DNA of 64,000 bases from Alphaproteobacteria bacterium (GTDB lineage Bacteria; Pseudomonadota; Alphaproteobacteria; UBA828): assembly GCA_963667785.2 (NCBI GenBank), contig CAXXMU010000006.1, positions 704,001 through 768,000 of the forward strand, written 5' to 3'. The notes beneath the pieces are model-generated. The model was not told the origin of the DNA, made no database searches, and saw only the letters and a program-made list of their open reading frames with translations. Both the position numbers and the translations under genes were made by a program. Numbering within the stretch: position 1 is the first letter of the stretch; the number at the start of each line of letters is the position of its first letter. Positions 45,695-55,685 of the stretch are shown here, piece after piece.

Positions 45695-46924
45695 TCACAG
45701 CCGGTTCTTGTGGAAGCGGCCTTCCTTCATGATGACGGGGATGTGGCGCCCCTGCTCCTGCAGCAGGCCGAGATCGGCGAGGGGATCGCCGTCCACCACC
45801 AGGACGTCCGCCACGGCGCCCGGCGCGATGGTGCCGAGCTCGCCCGAGCGCTTGATGAGCTGGGCGTTGATCGAGGTCGCTGACCGCAGCACGTCGACCG
45901 GCGGCAGCACCTGGCCGCGAATCAGGAACTCCTGGCTCTGCCGGTCCTGCAGCGGCCCGAGCAGGTCGGTGCCGAAGCCCATGGGCACGCCGGCGGCCCG
46001 GCAGATGTCGAGCGAGCGCAGCCCCTCCTCGCCGAGTCCCTGGAGCTTGTCGGCGAACATCTTGGGCAGCCCGAACTCGGCGCCGGCCTCGATCATGGCG
46101 AAGATCGTCACCAGCGTCGGCACCACGAAGGCGCCGGCGCCTGCCGCGGCCGCCGCCGCGTCGGCGTCGATCAGGGTGCCGTGCTCGATCGAGCGCACGC
46201 CGAGGGCGGCGCAGCGGCGCACCGCGCTCGCGGTGTGCGCGTGCGCCATCACGTAGGTGCGCCGGGTTTCGGCCTCCTCCACGCCGGCCCGGATCTCCTC
46301 GTCGGAATACTGGTCCATCCAGATGGGGTCGGCCGGCGAGAGCACGCCGCCCGAGACCATCATCTTGATCTGGTGGGCGCCCTTGCGGAGCTCCTCCCGC
46401 GCCGCCTGGCGTACCGCGTCCGTGCCGTCGGCGACGCGGGTGATCGGGCCGTGGTAGCCGGAGCAGCCGCAGGGCTCGAAGCGGGTCTGACTGCGCATGT
46501 CGCCGTGCCCGCCGGTCTGGCTCAGCCCGCGGCCCGCGAACAGCACCCTGGGGCCCGCGATCAGGCCGCGCTCGACGGCCAGCGCCAGGCCGAGATCGGC
46601 GCCGCCGGCGTCGCGCACCGTGGTGAAGCCCCGCCCGAGCGCGCCCTCGAGATTGTGCCGCGCGTGCTGGTAGAGGAGCGACGCCGGCATGTCGTCGAGG
46701 GAGGGCACGTTGAGGTCGACGAGGAGGGCGTGGAAGTGGGCGTCGATCAGGCCCGGCATCAGCGTGCGGCCGCCGCAGGCGATGCGCACGGCATCCGCAG
46801 GTGCGGAGACGGCGCCGTCGGCGACCTCGACGATGCGGCCCTCCTCCACCACCACCGTCACGTTCTCGCGCGGCTCGGCCGAGACGCCGTCGAACAGCCT
46901 GCATCCCTCGAAGAGGATCGTCAT
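45695..46924 (-). CDS. Metal-dependent amidohydrolase (Xaa-Pro dipeptidase-like)
   Basis: MPGLIDAHFH, GFTTVRDAGG, SQTGGHGD, MAHAH, SIEHG, GFGTDLLG; start ATG 46924. Confidence 0.92.
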   Translation of the reverse strand: MTILFEGCRLFDGVSAEPRENVTVVVEEGRIVEVADGAVSAPADAVRIACGGRTLMPGLIDAHFHALLVDLNVPSLDDMPASLLYQHARHNLEGALGRGFTTVRDAGGADLGLALAVERGLIAGPRVLFAGRGLSQTGGHGDMRSQTRFEPCGCSGYHGPITRVADGTDAVRQAAREELRKGAHQIKMMVSGGVLSPADPIWMDQYSDEEIRAGVEEAETRRTYVMAHAHTASAVRRCAALGVRSIEHGTLIDADAAAAAAGAGAFVVPTLVTIFAMIEAGAEFGLPKMFADKLQGLGEEGLRSLDICRAAGVPMGFGTDLLGPLQDRQSQEFLIRGQVLPPVDVLRSATSINAQLIKRSGELGTIAPGAVADVLVVDGDPLADLGLLQEQGRHIPVIMKEGRFHKNRL

Positions 46925-46953
46925 CGCGCCCGTCCTCCGGCTCCGCCCGCCGC

Positions 46954-48714
46954 CTACCAGCCGAGCGCGTAGGCCGGCCGGCGCGGGTCGGCGCCGGCGG
47001 ACAGCACGCCGCGGGCGACATCCTGGACGAGCACGCACATGGCGCCGGCGGGCCAGGCCCACTCGGGCCACCACTCGACCCCGTGCCCCCAGGCCGCCAG
47101 CGTCTCGCCGGTGGCCTCGGGTATCCGCGCCTCCAGCATCAGCCGTCCCGGATGGTACTCGTGCGGCTCGAAGGAGTTGGGGAAGCTCATGGTGGCGAAG
47201 CGCGGCGCCTCGACCGCGGCCTGCGGGTTCATGCCGTGGACCGTGATGTTGACGAAGGCCTGGAGCATGGCCTGGATCTGAACGTCCCCGCCCGGCGTGC
47301 CCAAGGGCATGACGAACGCGCCCTCGCGAATGGCGAGCGCGGGGCTGGGCGTGAGCCGGGGGCGCTTGCCGGGTGCCACGGACGATGCGTGCGCGGGGTC
47401 CGCCCAGGACTGCGCGCCGCGCGAAGAGGCGCAGAGCCCGGTGCCGGGGATCACCGGGGAATCGAAGGAGATGTCGCTCGGCGTCGCCGAGAAGACGTTG
47501 CCCTCCGCATCGATGGTGCAGACGTAGGAGGTATCGTGCGCGGCCTCGGGCGTGCCCGAAGCGGCCTCGGCCAGGCTCTCCCCTTCCGCCGCGAGGCCCC
47601 GGCGCGGATCGCCCGCCGGCGGCATGCCGGGCCAGGCCTCGCCCGGCCTGATGAGGGCGCGGCGCCGCGCGCTGTAGTCGTCGGAGAGGAGGGCCTCGAG
47701 AGGCACGTCGACGAAGCGCGGGTCGCCGTACCAGCGCTCGCGGTCCGCGAAGGCGAGCTTCAGCGCCTCCGCCATCATGTGGAGCGCATCCGCGCTGTTG
47801 TGGCCGTGCGCGGCCAGCGCATCCGCGTCGAGCAGGCGGAGCGCCTGCAGCAGCGCCGGCCCCTGGCACCAGGCCCCGCAGGCGTAGACGTCCGTGCCGG
47901 CGAAGGACACCCGCTCCGGCGGCTCGACGGCGACGCGGAAGGAGGCGAGGTCGTCTTCCGTGAGCAGGCCGCCGTTCTCCCGGTGGAAGCGGGCGATGGC
48001 GGCGGCGATATCGCCCCGGTAGAAGGCGGCGCGGGCGGCGGCAAGCCCGGCGGCGCGGTCGCCCCCTGCGGCGCGCTCCTCGTCGGCCATGTACTGGAGC
48101 GAGCGCCCGAGGTCGGCCTGCACGAAGAGATCGCCCACCGCGGGCGGGCGACCGCCCGGCAGGTAGATCGCCGCGTTCGACGGCCAGCGGCTGTAGGCGT
48201 CGGCCTTGTTCGCGATCACGCGCGCCATCAGCGGGTACATGACGAAGCCGTCGCGCGCGAGAGCGATCGCCGCCTGCGCCGCCTCGCCGAAGCTCATGGT
48301 GCCGTGGCGCTCCAGCGCGGTGATCCAGGCATCCGGCGCGCTCGGCACGACGGTGCGCAGCAGGCCCGGCGGGATGTGCCCCTCATGCTCCCGCTGGAAG
48401 AGATCGGGGGTGACCGCGGCCGGCCAGGTGCCGAGGCCGCTGATGGTCTCCACCCGGCCCGTATTCGCGCTGTAGAGGATGATGGGCGCGACGCCCGCGA
48501 CGTTCACCAGGTCGCTGTGCACGACGCCGAGCGCGATGCCGGCGGCGACGCCCGCGTCGATGGCGTTGCCGCCCGCCTCGAGGATGGCGAAGCCGGCCTG
48601 CGCCGCCAGATAGTGGCCGGCGACGATGGCGTGCCGGCGTGCGCGGACGACCGGGCGCAGGGCGTCGATCGCCTCCGGGTCGAAGCGCGCGTACTCCCCT
48701 TCCGGCTTCGTCAT
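46954..48714 (-). CDS. Gamma-glutamyltransferase family (Ntn hydrolase)
   Basis: GGNAIDAGVAA, HDTSYVCTID (Thr nucleophile), PGKRPRLT, GTPGGDVQ, ADPRR; start ATG 48714. Confidence 0.92.
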   Translation of the reverse strand: MTKPEGEYARFDPEAIDALRPVVRARRHAIVAGHYLAAQAGFAILEAGGNAIDAGVAAGIALGVVHSDLVNVAGVAPIILYSANTGRVETISGLGTWPAAVTPDLFQREHEGHIPPGLLRTVVPSAPDAWITALERHGTMSFGEAAQAAIALARDGFVMYPLMARVIANKADAYSRWPSNAAIYLPGGRPPAVGDLFVQADLGRSLQYMADEERAAGGDRAAGLAAARAAFYRGDIAAAIARFHRENGGLLTEDDLASFRVAVEPPERVSFAGTDVYACGAWCQGPALLQALRLLDADALAAHGHNSADALHMMAEALKLAFADRERWYGDPRFVDVPLEALLSDDYSARRRALIRPGEAWPGMPPAGDPRRGLAAEGESLAEAASGTPEAAHDTSYVCTIDAEGNVFSATPSDISFDSPVIPGTGLCASSRGAQSWADPAHASSVAPGKRPRLTPSPALAIREGAFVMPLGTPGGDVQIQAMLQAFVNITVHGMNPQAAVEAPRFATMSFPNSFEPHEYHPGRLMLEARIPEATGETLAAWGHGVEWWPEWAWPAGAMCVLVQDVARGVLSAGADPRRPAYALGW

Positions 48715-49979
48715 GGCCGCTCCTGATTGGCGAGGTCGACGAGGCAGGCGGCCAGGGTGCCTGCGCCGGCGGCGAGGTCGGCGGGCGTGGCGTTCTCCGC
48801 CTCGTTGTGGCTGACGCCCCGCTCGCAGGGCACGAAGATCATGCCGGTGGGGCAGAGATGATTGATGTGGCCCGCGTCGTGGCCGGCACCGGACGGCATC
48901 CGCACGACCGGGTGGCCGAGGGTCTCGGCGTAGCCCTCCACCATGGCGATCACGTCCGCATCGAAGGTGAGCGGCGCATGCGCCATGAGGGGGCGGACCG
49001 TGACCCCGCAGCCCCGCGCGTGCGCCTCGCAGGTGGGCGCGATGCGCGAGCGGATGCGCTCGATCACCGCCGTGTCGGGATGGCGGAAGTCGACGGTGAA
49101 GAACGCGCGGCCCGGCACCGTGGCGGGCGAGCCGGGGTGGCACTCGAAGCGCCCCACGGTGAAGCGCACCGTGTCGCTCTCGTCCGCCATCAGCTCCTCG
49201 AGAGCGCTCACCATGGCGACCGCCGCCTTGAGCGCGTCCCTCCGCGTCCGGAGCGGCGTGGTGCCGGCATGCGCCTCCGCGCCCGTCACCTCCACGGCGT
49301 ACCAGTAGAGGCCCTGGATCCCGGTCACGGCGCCGATGGTCAGCCCCTCGTTCTCAAGCCGCGGCCCCTGCTCGATATGCGCCTCGACATAGGCCGCGAA
49401 GGGATGGCCGAAGGGGCGCTGCGGCAGCCCCGGCGTGGAGGCGAGCGTCTCCGTCAGCGCATCCGCGAGCGTCACCCCGTCCGTGTCCGCGAGCCCGAGC
49501 TGGTCTTCGAGGCTGAGCACGCCGGCGAAGACGGCCGAGCCCATGGCGCCGGGCTGGAAGCGCCCGCCCTCCTCGTTGGTCCAGGCGACCACGTCGATGG
49601 GCCGCTCGGTCTCGACGCCGGCACGCTGGATGGCCTCCAGCGCCTCGAAGCCGCCGACGACGCCGTAGGCGCCGTCGAACTTGCCGCCGCGCGGCTGGCT
49701 GTCGAGATGGCTGCCGGTCACCACGGGTGCGGCGTCCGCCCGCCGGCCGGGGCGGCGGATGTAGAGGTTGGCGATGGCGTCGGTCTCGACCTCGAAGCCC
49801 AGCGCGCCGGCCCACTCCAGCATCAGCGCACGCGCGCGCCGGTCCTCGTCCGAGAGCGCGGCGCGGTTGACGCCGCCCGCCTCGGTCGCGCCGATCTCGG
49901 CCATCGCCATCTGGCGCGACCAGAGCCGCGCCTCGTCCACCGCGGCCGCCGCCGCGAGCGCCTCGGCCCTAGCCCGCAT
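48711..49979 (-). CDS. M20 Zn-dependent hydrolase (allantoate amidohydrolase / N-carbamoyl-L-amino acid hydrolase family)
   Basis: TGSHLDSQP, GKFDGAYG, WTNEEG, EAHIEQGP, HAGTTP, SGAGHDA, SHNEAE. Confidence 0.93.
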   Translation of the reverse strand: MRARAEALAAAAAVDEARLWSRQMAMAEIGATEAGGVNRAALSDEDRRARALMLEWAGALGFEVETDAIANLYIRRPGRRADAAPVVTGSHLDSQPRGGKFDGAYGVVGGFEALEAIQRAGVETERPIDVVAWTNEEGGRFQPGAMGSAVFAGVLSLEDQLGLADTDGVTLADALTETLASTPGLPQRPFGHPFAAYVEAHIEQGPRLENEGLTIGAVTGIQGLYWYAVEVTGAEAHAGTTPLRTRRDALKAAVAMVSALEELMADESDTVRFTVGRFECHPGSPATVPGRAFFTVDFRHPDTAVIERIRSRIAPTCEAHARGCGVTVRPLMAHAPLTFDADVIAMVEGYAETLGHPVVRMPSGAGHDAGHINHLCPTGMIFVPCERGVSHNEAENATPADLAAGAGTLAACLVDLANQERP

Positions 49980-50266
49980 TTCTCACCATGGTCATGGTCT
50001 GCGCGGCGCTGTCCGGCCGACAGGGTAGGAGAGGCGCGCAGCGCGTCGCGCGGGTACGCGCGCCTTCGGCGCGACGCGGGACATCGGGCAAGCGGCTTGA
50101 CGCACTCTGTCGGCCGGACGGCGCCGCCCTTCGGGTCGCGCCCAGGCGCCCGCCCGCGGCGTCGCGGGTCTCAACCGTATTCCCCGATACGCTTCTCGAC
50201 CCGCTCCTGGCGGATCGAACACCTGGGCGCGACGCAGGCCGCGACCATGGTGAGAAATGTGGGCCA
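49970..50266. mobile_element. Non-autonomous MITE-like element, 297 bp, with 34-bp imperfect TIRs and two internal long hairpins
   Basis: Left TAGCCCGCATTTCTCACCATGGTCATGGTCTGCG versus reverse complement of the right end TGGCCCACATTTCTCACCATGGTCGCGGCCTGCG (29/34); internal IRs GGCGCTGTCCGGCCGACAG/CTGTCGGCCGGACGGCGCC and GTCGCGCCCAGG/CCTGGGCGCGAC. Confidence 0.85.
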
Positions 50267-50347
50267 ACGTCCATCGCATCCCTCCCGGCCCGCACCGTAG
50301 AGCACGCAAGGACGCAAGCAAAGCTGGCGCCCGAGGGATAAGAATAC

Positions 50348-51013
50348 TCAACCCCGCTTGCGGCAGATGGTGAGCCCGTCGCCCAGCGGCAACATGGCGA
50401 TCGTCACTCGCTCGTCGTCCCGGATCTTCCTGTTGAGCGCATCGACGACGGGCGCGTTCTCGCCCCAGCGCTCGGGCTCGGCGATCTGGCCCATGTGGAA
50501 GGTGTTGTCGATGAGGATCAGCCCGCCGGGGCGCACCAGGGCGAGGCAGTGCTCGTAGTAGATGTCGTAGCCCGACTTGTCGGCGTCGATGAAGGCGATG
50601 TCGTAGGCGCCCTCCCGGCCTTCCGCGCGGAGCGCAGCCAGGCTCTCGCGCGCATCGCCGAGGCGAAGCTCGATCCGCTCGGCGAGGCCCGCCTCGGCCC
50701 AGTAGCGGCGGGCCGTCTCGGTGTAGTCGGCATTGATGTCGAGCGCGGTGAGCCGGCCGTCCGCGCCCATCGCCTGGGCGACGGCGAGCGCGCTGTAGCC
50801 GGTGAAGACGCCGACCTCCAGCGCGCGGCGGGCCCCGATCAGCTCCGCGAGAAGCGCCATAAGGGTGCCCTGCTCCGGCGAGATCTGCATCATCGCCCAC
50901 TCGTGGCCGGCGGTCTCCTCGCGCAGCCGGCGCTGCACGTCGGTCTCGCGCACGCCGTGGGCCTGGAGGTAGTCGTGCAGCGCGTCGGTCAGCGCGGTCG
51001 GACGGGCGGACAT
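50348..51013 (-). CDS. Class I SAM-dependent O-methyltransferase (caffeoyl-CoA OMT-like)
   Basis: MQISPEQG, LEVGVFTGYS, FIDADK, IDNT, GDGLT. Confidence 0.93.
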   Translation of the reverse strand: MSARPTALTDALHDYLQAHGVRETDVQRRLREETAGHEWAMMQISPEQGTLMALLAELIGARRALEVGVFTGYSALAVAQAMGADGRLTALDINADYTETARRYWAEAGLAERIELRLGDARESLAALRAEGREGAYDIAFIDADKSGYDIYYEHCLALVRPGGLILIDNTFHMGQIAEPERWGENAPVVDALNRKIRDDERVTIAMLPLGDGLTICRKRG

Positions 51014-51050
51014 GGCCTCTCCTGCGGGGCGGACTCTCGGCCGGGAACGA

Positions 51051-52061
51051 TCAGCGTGCGGCGCGCCAGACGATGCCCAGCGCCTCGATCACGTCGAGGG
51101 TGCGCGCCACGTAGTGATCGCGCACGGTGAAGCGGCTCTCGCCCCGGCCGGTCAACTCGGCCTCGAGGCAGTCGAACAGGCGCCTGAGGCGCCGCTGGTG
51201 CAGGCCGAGCCGGCGCTGGATCGGATCGGTGACGACGCCCGAGAACGCGCCGACCACGGCGCCCGCGGCCAGCAGGCCGCCGGTGAGGCCGATGCTGAGC
51301 GCCGCCGGCGCCGCCGCCGGAAAGGCGCCGTACCAGAGCGCGCCGACGCCGGTGCCGAGGGGGAAGCCCGCGATCGCCGCATGCTGCACCATCATCTGCG
51401 CCGCCGCCGGCCCCAGCGACATCATGCCCGGCGTCAGCTTCTTGAAGGCCACCGCGCCGACGCCGGCGCTCACCGCTGCGGTCGTGAGATCGGCCGCCGA
51501 GACCCGGGTTCCCTCGTAGGTGCCGGCCGCGCCGGCAAGCCAGGCGCGGAAGGCCTCTTCCTGCGCCGGCGAGGGCGGCACGCCCGCGCCGGCCTCCCCG
51601 ATGCGCCCATCCCGCAGGATTTCCTCGGCGAGCGCATCGCGCGTCGAGACCCGCTCGCCCTGGCGGAACGGGAGCTCCAGGAGCTCGGTGTAGAGACGCC
51701 ACTCGAGCTCGCGGGCCACGCCCGTCTGCAGGAAGTAGCGCCGGCGATCGAGCCAGTCGGCCGCAGGCGCGAGGCCCGTGCGCCGTGCGAGGCCGGCGCT
51801 TACCCGCGCGGCCAGATGGGGCGCCGACAGCGCGAGATTGGCCGGCGAGCGCAGCAGGTCCCAGCCGAGCGCCCGCCGGTGGAGCCGGAGAGTGCCGGGC
51901 AGCGAGAAGGTGCGATCGACGAAGGCGTCGATCATCGCCCGCCGCGCCTCGCAGTAGCGCCGCGCGGCGTCCTCCACGATGAGGCGCGCCTCCGCCTCGT
52001 CGCTCGCCTCCGCGCGTACCACAGGAGCCGTCGGGGCCGCGGCAGGCGTCCGGGCGGACAT
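51051..52061 (-). CDS. Conserved hypothetical protein (DUF6635-like)
   Basis: LRLHRRALGWDLLRSPAN, GVVTDPIQRRLGLHQRRL; normal codon usage. Confidence 0.7.
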   Translation of the reverse strand: MSARTPAAAPTAPVVRAEASDEAEARLIVEDAARRYCEARRAMIDAFVDRTFSLPGTLRLHRRALGWDLLRSPANLALSAPHLAARVSAGLARRTGLAPAADWLDRRRYFLQTGVARELEWRLYTELLELPFRQGERVSTRDALAEEILRDGRIGEAGAGVPPSPAQEEAFRAWLAGAAGTYEGTRVSAADLTTAAVSAGVGAVAFKKLTPGMMSLGPAAAQMMVQHAAIAGFPLGTGVGALWYGAFPAAAPAALSIGLTGGLLAAGAVVGAFSGVVTDPIQRRLGLHQRRLRRLFDCLEAELTGRGESRFTVRDHYVARTLDVIEALGIVWRAAR

Positions 52062-52076
52062 CTCGGTCGTGGTGGG

Positions 52077-53468
52077 CTATGTGGCGCCCGCCCCGTCTTC
52101 TTCAAGACAGGGCGCGCGGCGCAGGTGCCATTCCGTCGCCTGCTGGTAGGCGTGGCCGACCCGGAGCAGCAGCGGCTCCGCCCCCCAGGCGCCCTCCAGC
52201 ATCATGCCGATGGGGAGCCCGTCGGAGGAGAAGCCGCAGGGCACCGAGAGGCCCGGGATCGAGGCGAGCGCCCCGCCGTAGGTGAAGCGCGTCGCATCCT
52301 GGGTGGCGCGGTGGAGGCTGCGGTCGTCGGCAATCGGCGGCGCCGGCCGGGGCGTGGTCGGCGCCAGCAGCACGTCCACGCTCTCGAAGACGCCCGCCAG
52401 CGCACGGCGCCAGGCCTCGCGGCCGCGCATGGCCTCGGCATAGTCCACCGCGCTGAACGTGCGGCCCATGATCATGCGCTCGTAGACCGCCTCCGACAGC
52501 GCGCCGGGGCCGGCGTCGAGCCGCTCCCTGTGATAGGCGCAGGCATCAGCGTAGGCCATGATCGTGGTCCAGCGCTGGGCAGTCTCGGCACCTGCGAGCG
52601 TGACGTCGACCAGGCGTGCGCCCAGCGATTCCAGCACGCCGGCAGCAGCGCGTACCGCGCCCTCGACCTCGCCCGCCACGTCCTCGAAGAAGAAGTTGCG
52701 GGCGAGCCCAATGCGCACGCCCTCGATGCCGTCCTCCAGCCGGGGCAGGAAGTTCTCGAGCGGCAGATCGCGGGAGACCGGGTCGAGCGGGTCGTAGGCG
52801 GCGAGCGCGGCGAAGAGGCGGGCCACGTCCGCCACGCTCCGCGCCATGGGGCCGACGGTATCGTGCGCGACGCTCACCGGCGTGATGCCGCGGATCGAGA
52901 TGCGCCCGTGGGTGGGGCGCAGGCCGGCGGTGCCGGTCATCGAGGCCGGAATGCGCACCGAGCCGCCGGTATCGGTACCGAGCGTGGCCTGCGCCATCCC
53001 GGCCGCGACCGCCGCGCCGGAACCGCCGCTGGAGCCTCCCGGAATGTGCTCCGGATTCCACGGGTTCCGGCACTGGCCGAACACCGGGTTGGTGGAGACC
53101 ACGCCCCAGGCTAGCTCCTGCATGTTGGCCTTGCCGATCAGCACCGCGCCCTGCGCCTTGAGGCGGCCGACCACCGGCGCATCGCTGTTGGGGATGTGAT
53201 CGGCGAGGTAGGCGGCGCCGCTGGTGGTGCGCACGCCCGCGGTCTCGATATTGTCCTTGAGCGCGACGGGCATCCCGTGCAGGAGGCCGAGCCAGCGCCC
53301 CTCCGCGGCCGCCCGGTCGCAGGCATCCGCCTGTTGGCGCGCCGCCTCCGCCGTGGTCGTCGCCATGGCCTTGAGCGAGGGATCGAGCCGCTCGATCTGC
53401 GCGAGGCAGCGCTCGACCGCCGCCCGGGCGGCACCTGGCTCCGGCCTGCCGGCGTCGGGCTCGCTCAT
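52077..53468 (-). CDS. Amidase signature family enzyme
   Basis: ALKDNI, GGSSGGSGAAV, GTDTGGSVRIPAS. Confidence 0.93.
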   Translation of the reverse strand: MSEPDAGRPEPGAARAAVERCLAQIERLDPSLKAMATTTAEAARQQADACDRAAAEGRWLGLLHGMPVALKDNIETAGVRTTSGAAYLADHIPNSDAPVVGRLKAQGAVLIGKANMQELAWGVVSTNPVFGQCRNPWNPEHIPGGSSGGSGAAVAAGMAQATLGTDTGGSVRIPASMTGTAGLRPTHGRISIRGITPVSVAHDTVGPMARSVADVARLFAALAAYDPLDPVSRDLPLENFLPRLEDGIEGVRIGLARNFFFEDVAGEVEGAVRAAAGVLESLGARLVDVTLAGAETAQRWTTIMAYADACAYHRERLDAGPGALSEAVYERMIMGRTFSAVDYAEAMRGREAWRRALAGVFESVDVLLAPTTPRPAPPIADDRSLHRATQDATRFTYGGALASIPGLSVPCGFSSDGLPIGMMLEGAWGAEPLLLRVGHAYQQATEWHLRRAPCLEEDGAGAT

Positions 53469-53507
53469 GCGCCGGCGCCGAGGGCAGCCCGCCTCGGCCG
53501 TGCCCTG

Positions 53508-54539
53508 CTACTCGTCGCCATAGACCGCGATGCTGCGGATGGCGTAGTCGCCGCCGCCGTTGACCAGGGACACGCCGTCGAAGGGATCGTCCAGGGCGCT
53601 GCTCTTCACCCGGACGAGCGGGGTTCCGTCGACAGACGCCGTCATGGTCCCGTCGCTCTCGCGCGAGAGCGCGATCATATGGCTCGCGCCGTCCTCGAGA
53701 CCCAGCCTGCCGCCGTGCTCGCCGATCACCGTCACGCCGCGACGGTTGAAGCGCGACAGCACGAGCGCGGGCCTGGCGCCCGGCAGGTAGGAGAGGCGGT
53801 ACCCTGCAGAGCCGCCCCTGCCCTGGAACAGGTCGATCTCGAGCTGGGCGCCCTCGCCGGCGATGCGCGAGGTCATCTCCATCTCGAGGAGAAAGGCATT
53901 GGGGATGGCCGCCTCCAGGGTTATCTCGGCGGGCTCCGGCCCGTCCGCGCCGGTATCCTCGGTCACGACCTCCTCTTCGTCGCTCTCGAAGAGATCGCCG
54001 AGCTTGGTCTCGCCGCTCAGGAGATCGTCGATCGCCTCCTTGCCGCTCTCCAGAAGCTCGTCGCTGCTCTCGAGGAGCTCGTCGCCAGATTCGAGCAGCG
54101 CGTCGCCGGTCTCGATGATGGTGTCGATGGCGTCCTCCGTCAGCGACCAGCCCGCCTCGGGCAGCGCGACCATGGTACGCAGGCCGAGAACGGGATCGAC
54201 CGAGAAGTCGCCGCTCCCCACAGTCCAGCGCGGATCGTCTGTGTAGTCGCCGTCGGTGAAATCGTCGCGGATGAGGGCCTCACGCGGCCGGGCGTCGGCC
54301 ACGTGGGCCGCGATCCTGTCGCGCAGGTCCTGGAGAAAGCGGGGATCCGCCGCCCGCGCGCGATCGGCCTCGTCGATCAGCGCCTCGAGCTCACGCGCGA
54401 GCGCCTCGAGCGCCGCCGTACCGGAGGCCCCGGCATCGTCCGGGCGCCATTCGGAATAACGCGAGCCGTCATCGGCCGCAGCGGCCGGGGCAGCCAACGC
54501 ACCGGCGAGAAGGAGAGTGGCGAGTTGCCTGCGCAGCAT
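53508..54539 (-). CDS. Secreted hypothetical protein with a possible lectin/ConA-like beta domain and a 7-aa acidic repeat
   Basis: Signal peptide MLRRQLATLLLAGALAAPAAA; DDFTDGDYTDDPRW; repeats of (G/S)DxLLES; start ATG 54539. Confidence 0.72.
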   Translation of the reverse strand: MLRRQLATLLLAGALAAPAAAADDGSRYSEWRPDDAGASGTAALEALARELEALIDEADRARAADPRFLQDLRDRIAAHVADARPREALIRDDFTDGDYTDDPRWTVGSGDFSVDPVLGLRTMVALPEAGWSLTEDAIDTIIETGDALLESGDELLESSDELLESGKEAIDDLLSGETKLGDLFESDEEEVVTEDTGADGPEPAEITLEAAIPNAFLLEMEMTSRIAGEGAQLEIDLFQGRGGSAGYRLSYLPGARPALVLSRFNRRGVTVIGEHGGRLGLEDGASHMIALSRESDGTMTASVDGTPLVRVKSSALDDPFDGVSLVNGGGDYAIRSIAVYGDE

Positions 54540-54734
54540 GGAACGCCTCCGGTCTGGTCGCGTCGCCTCGGTCGTCCGTGGTCTAGCCCGGAATCGACGA
54601 GATTGTCGAGCGACAGTCCGGATGCGGCGCGGCGGGTGCCGCACGTTTCCGATCGACGCTGCTTTGGCGCTATGCTGGAAGGGAGTATGGTAGGGTCATA
54701 AATTGCAGCCCCTCGATGGAACAGGAGGCGTGAA

Positions 54735-55664
54735 ATGAAGCTTTTCGGGCGATTCAAGCTGCCTTCGACCGGTCTCCGCCTCGTGGCCATCGTGGGACTG
54801 GCGGCATCGCTCGGCGCCTGCGGCGGTGTCGCGATCGAAGACGTCCGGGACCTCGAGCCCCGGGGTTCGGAATTCCACGCCGAGCTCTACGCCGTTTATC
54901 TCCATCGGTCGGCGATGGAGCTTGCCGAACACGATTACTGGGATTCCGACACGTTCGCGCTGAAGGCCGGCGCGGCCGCGGCGGGCAACAACGTGCCGCC
55001 GAGCTCGTTCCAGGATCGCGAGATCGCCGAGGACAAGCAGGAGGAGCTCGGAAAGGCGCGCGCAAGGCTCATCGCCATGCTGGACGGGAGCGGCAGGGAC
55101 AAGGCGCCCGTGAGCGCCGCCCTCGCCCAGATCAGCTTCGATTGCTGGATGGAGGAGCAGGAAGAGGGCCACGAGCCGCACGACATCGCCGAGTGCCGCA
55201 ACGCGTTCTACGGCGCGGTAGTGGCCGCCGAAGTGGCGATGCGGCCCGAGCCCGAACCGGTCGTCGAGCCCGAGCCTGAGCCTGAGCCGGTCGTCGAGCC
55301 CGAGCCGGAGCCCGAGCCGAGCTTCGTCACCTACCACGTGGTGTTCTTCGAGTTCGACAGCTCTGAGCTCACGGACGCCGCGCGGGTGACGCTGGACGAG
55401 GTTACGGCCACAGCGCTCGAGATGCGGCCCTACAAGATCGCGATCCGGGGCCACACCGACCGTGCCGGTCCGGAGCGGTACAATGCCGGTCTCTCGGAGC
55501 GTCGCGCGCTCTCGGTGGCGGGCTACCTGATCGAGCAGGGCGCCGGTCGCTTCGTGATCGACGTCGACGGCCTCGGCGAATCGCAGCCGATCGCGAAGAC
55601 CGCCGACAACGTGCGCGACGGCCGCAACCGGCGGGCCGAGATCTCGCTGATCGAATCCGAGTAG
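54735..55664 (+). CDS. OmpA-family peptidoglycan-associated lipoprotein with a Pro-Glu linker
   Basis: Lipobox LGAC, VFFEFDSS, GHTDRAG, NAGLSERRA, NRRAEI. Confidence 0.92.
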   Translation: MKLFGRFKLPSTGLRLVAIVGLAASLGACGGVAIEDVRDLEPRGSEFHAELYAVYLHRSAMELAEHDYWDSDTFALKAGAAAAGNNVPPSSFQDREIAEDKQEELGKARARLIAMLDGSGRDKAPVSAALAQISFDCWMEEQEEGHEPHDIAECRNAFYGAVVAAEVAMRPEPEPVVEPEPEPEPVVEPEPEPEPSFVTYHVVFFEFDSSELTDAARVTLDEVTATALEMRPYKIAIRGHTDRAGPERYNAGLSERRALSVAGYLIEQGAGRFVIDVDGLGESQPIAKTADNVRDGRNRRAEISLIESE

Positions 55665-55685
55665 GAGTGAGGGGGCGGAGGCTCC

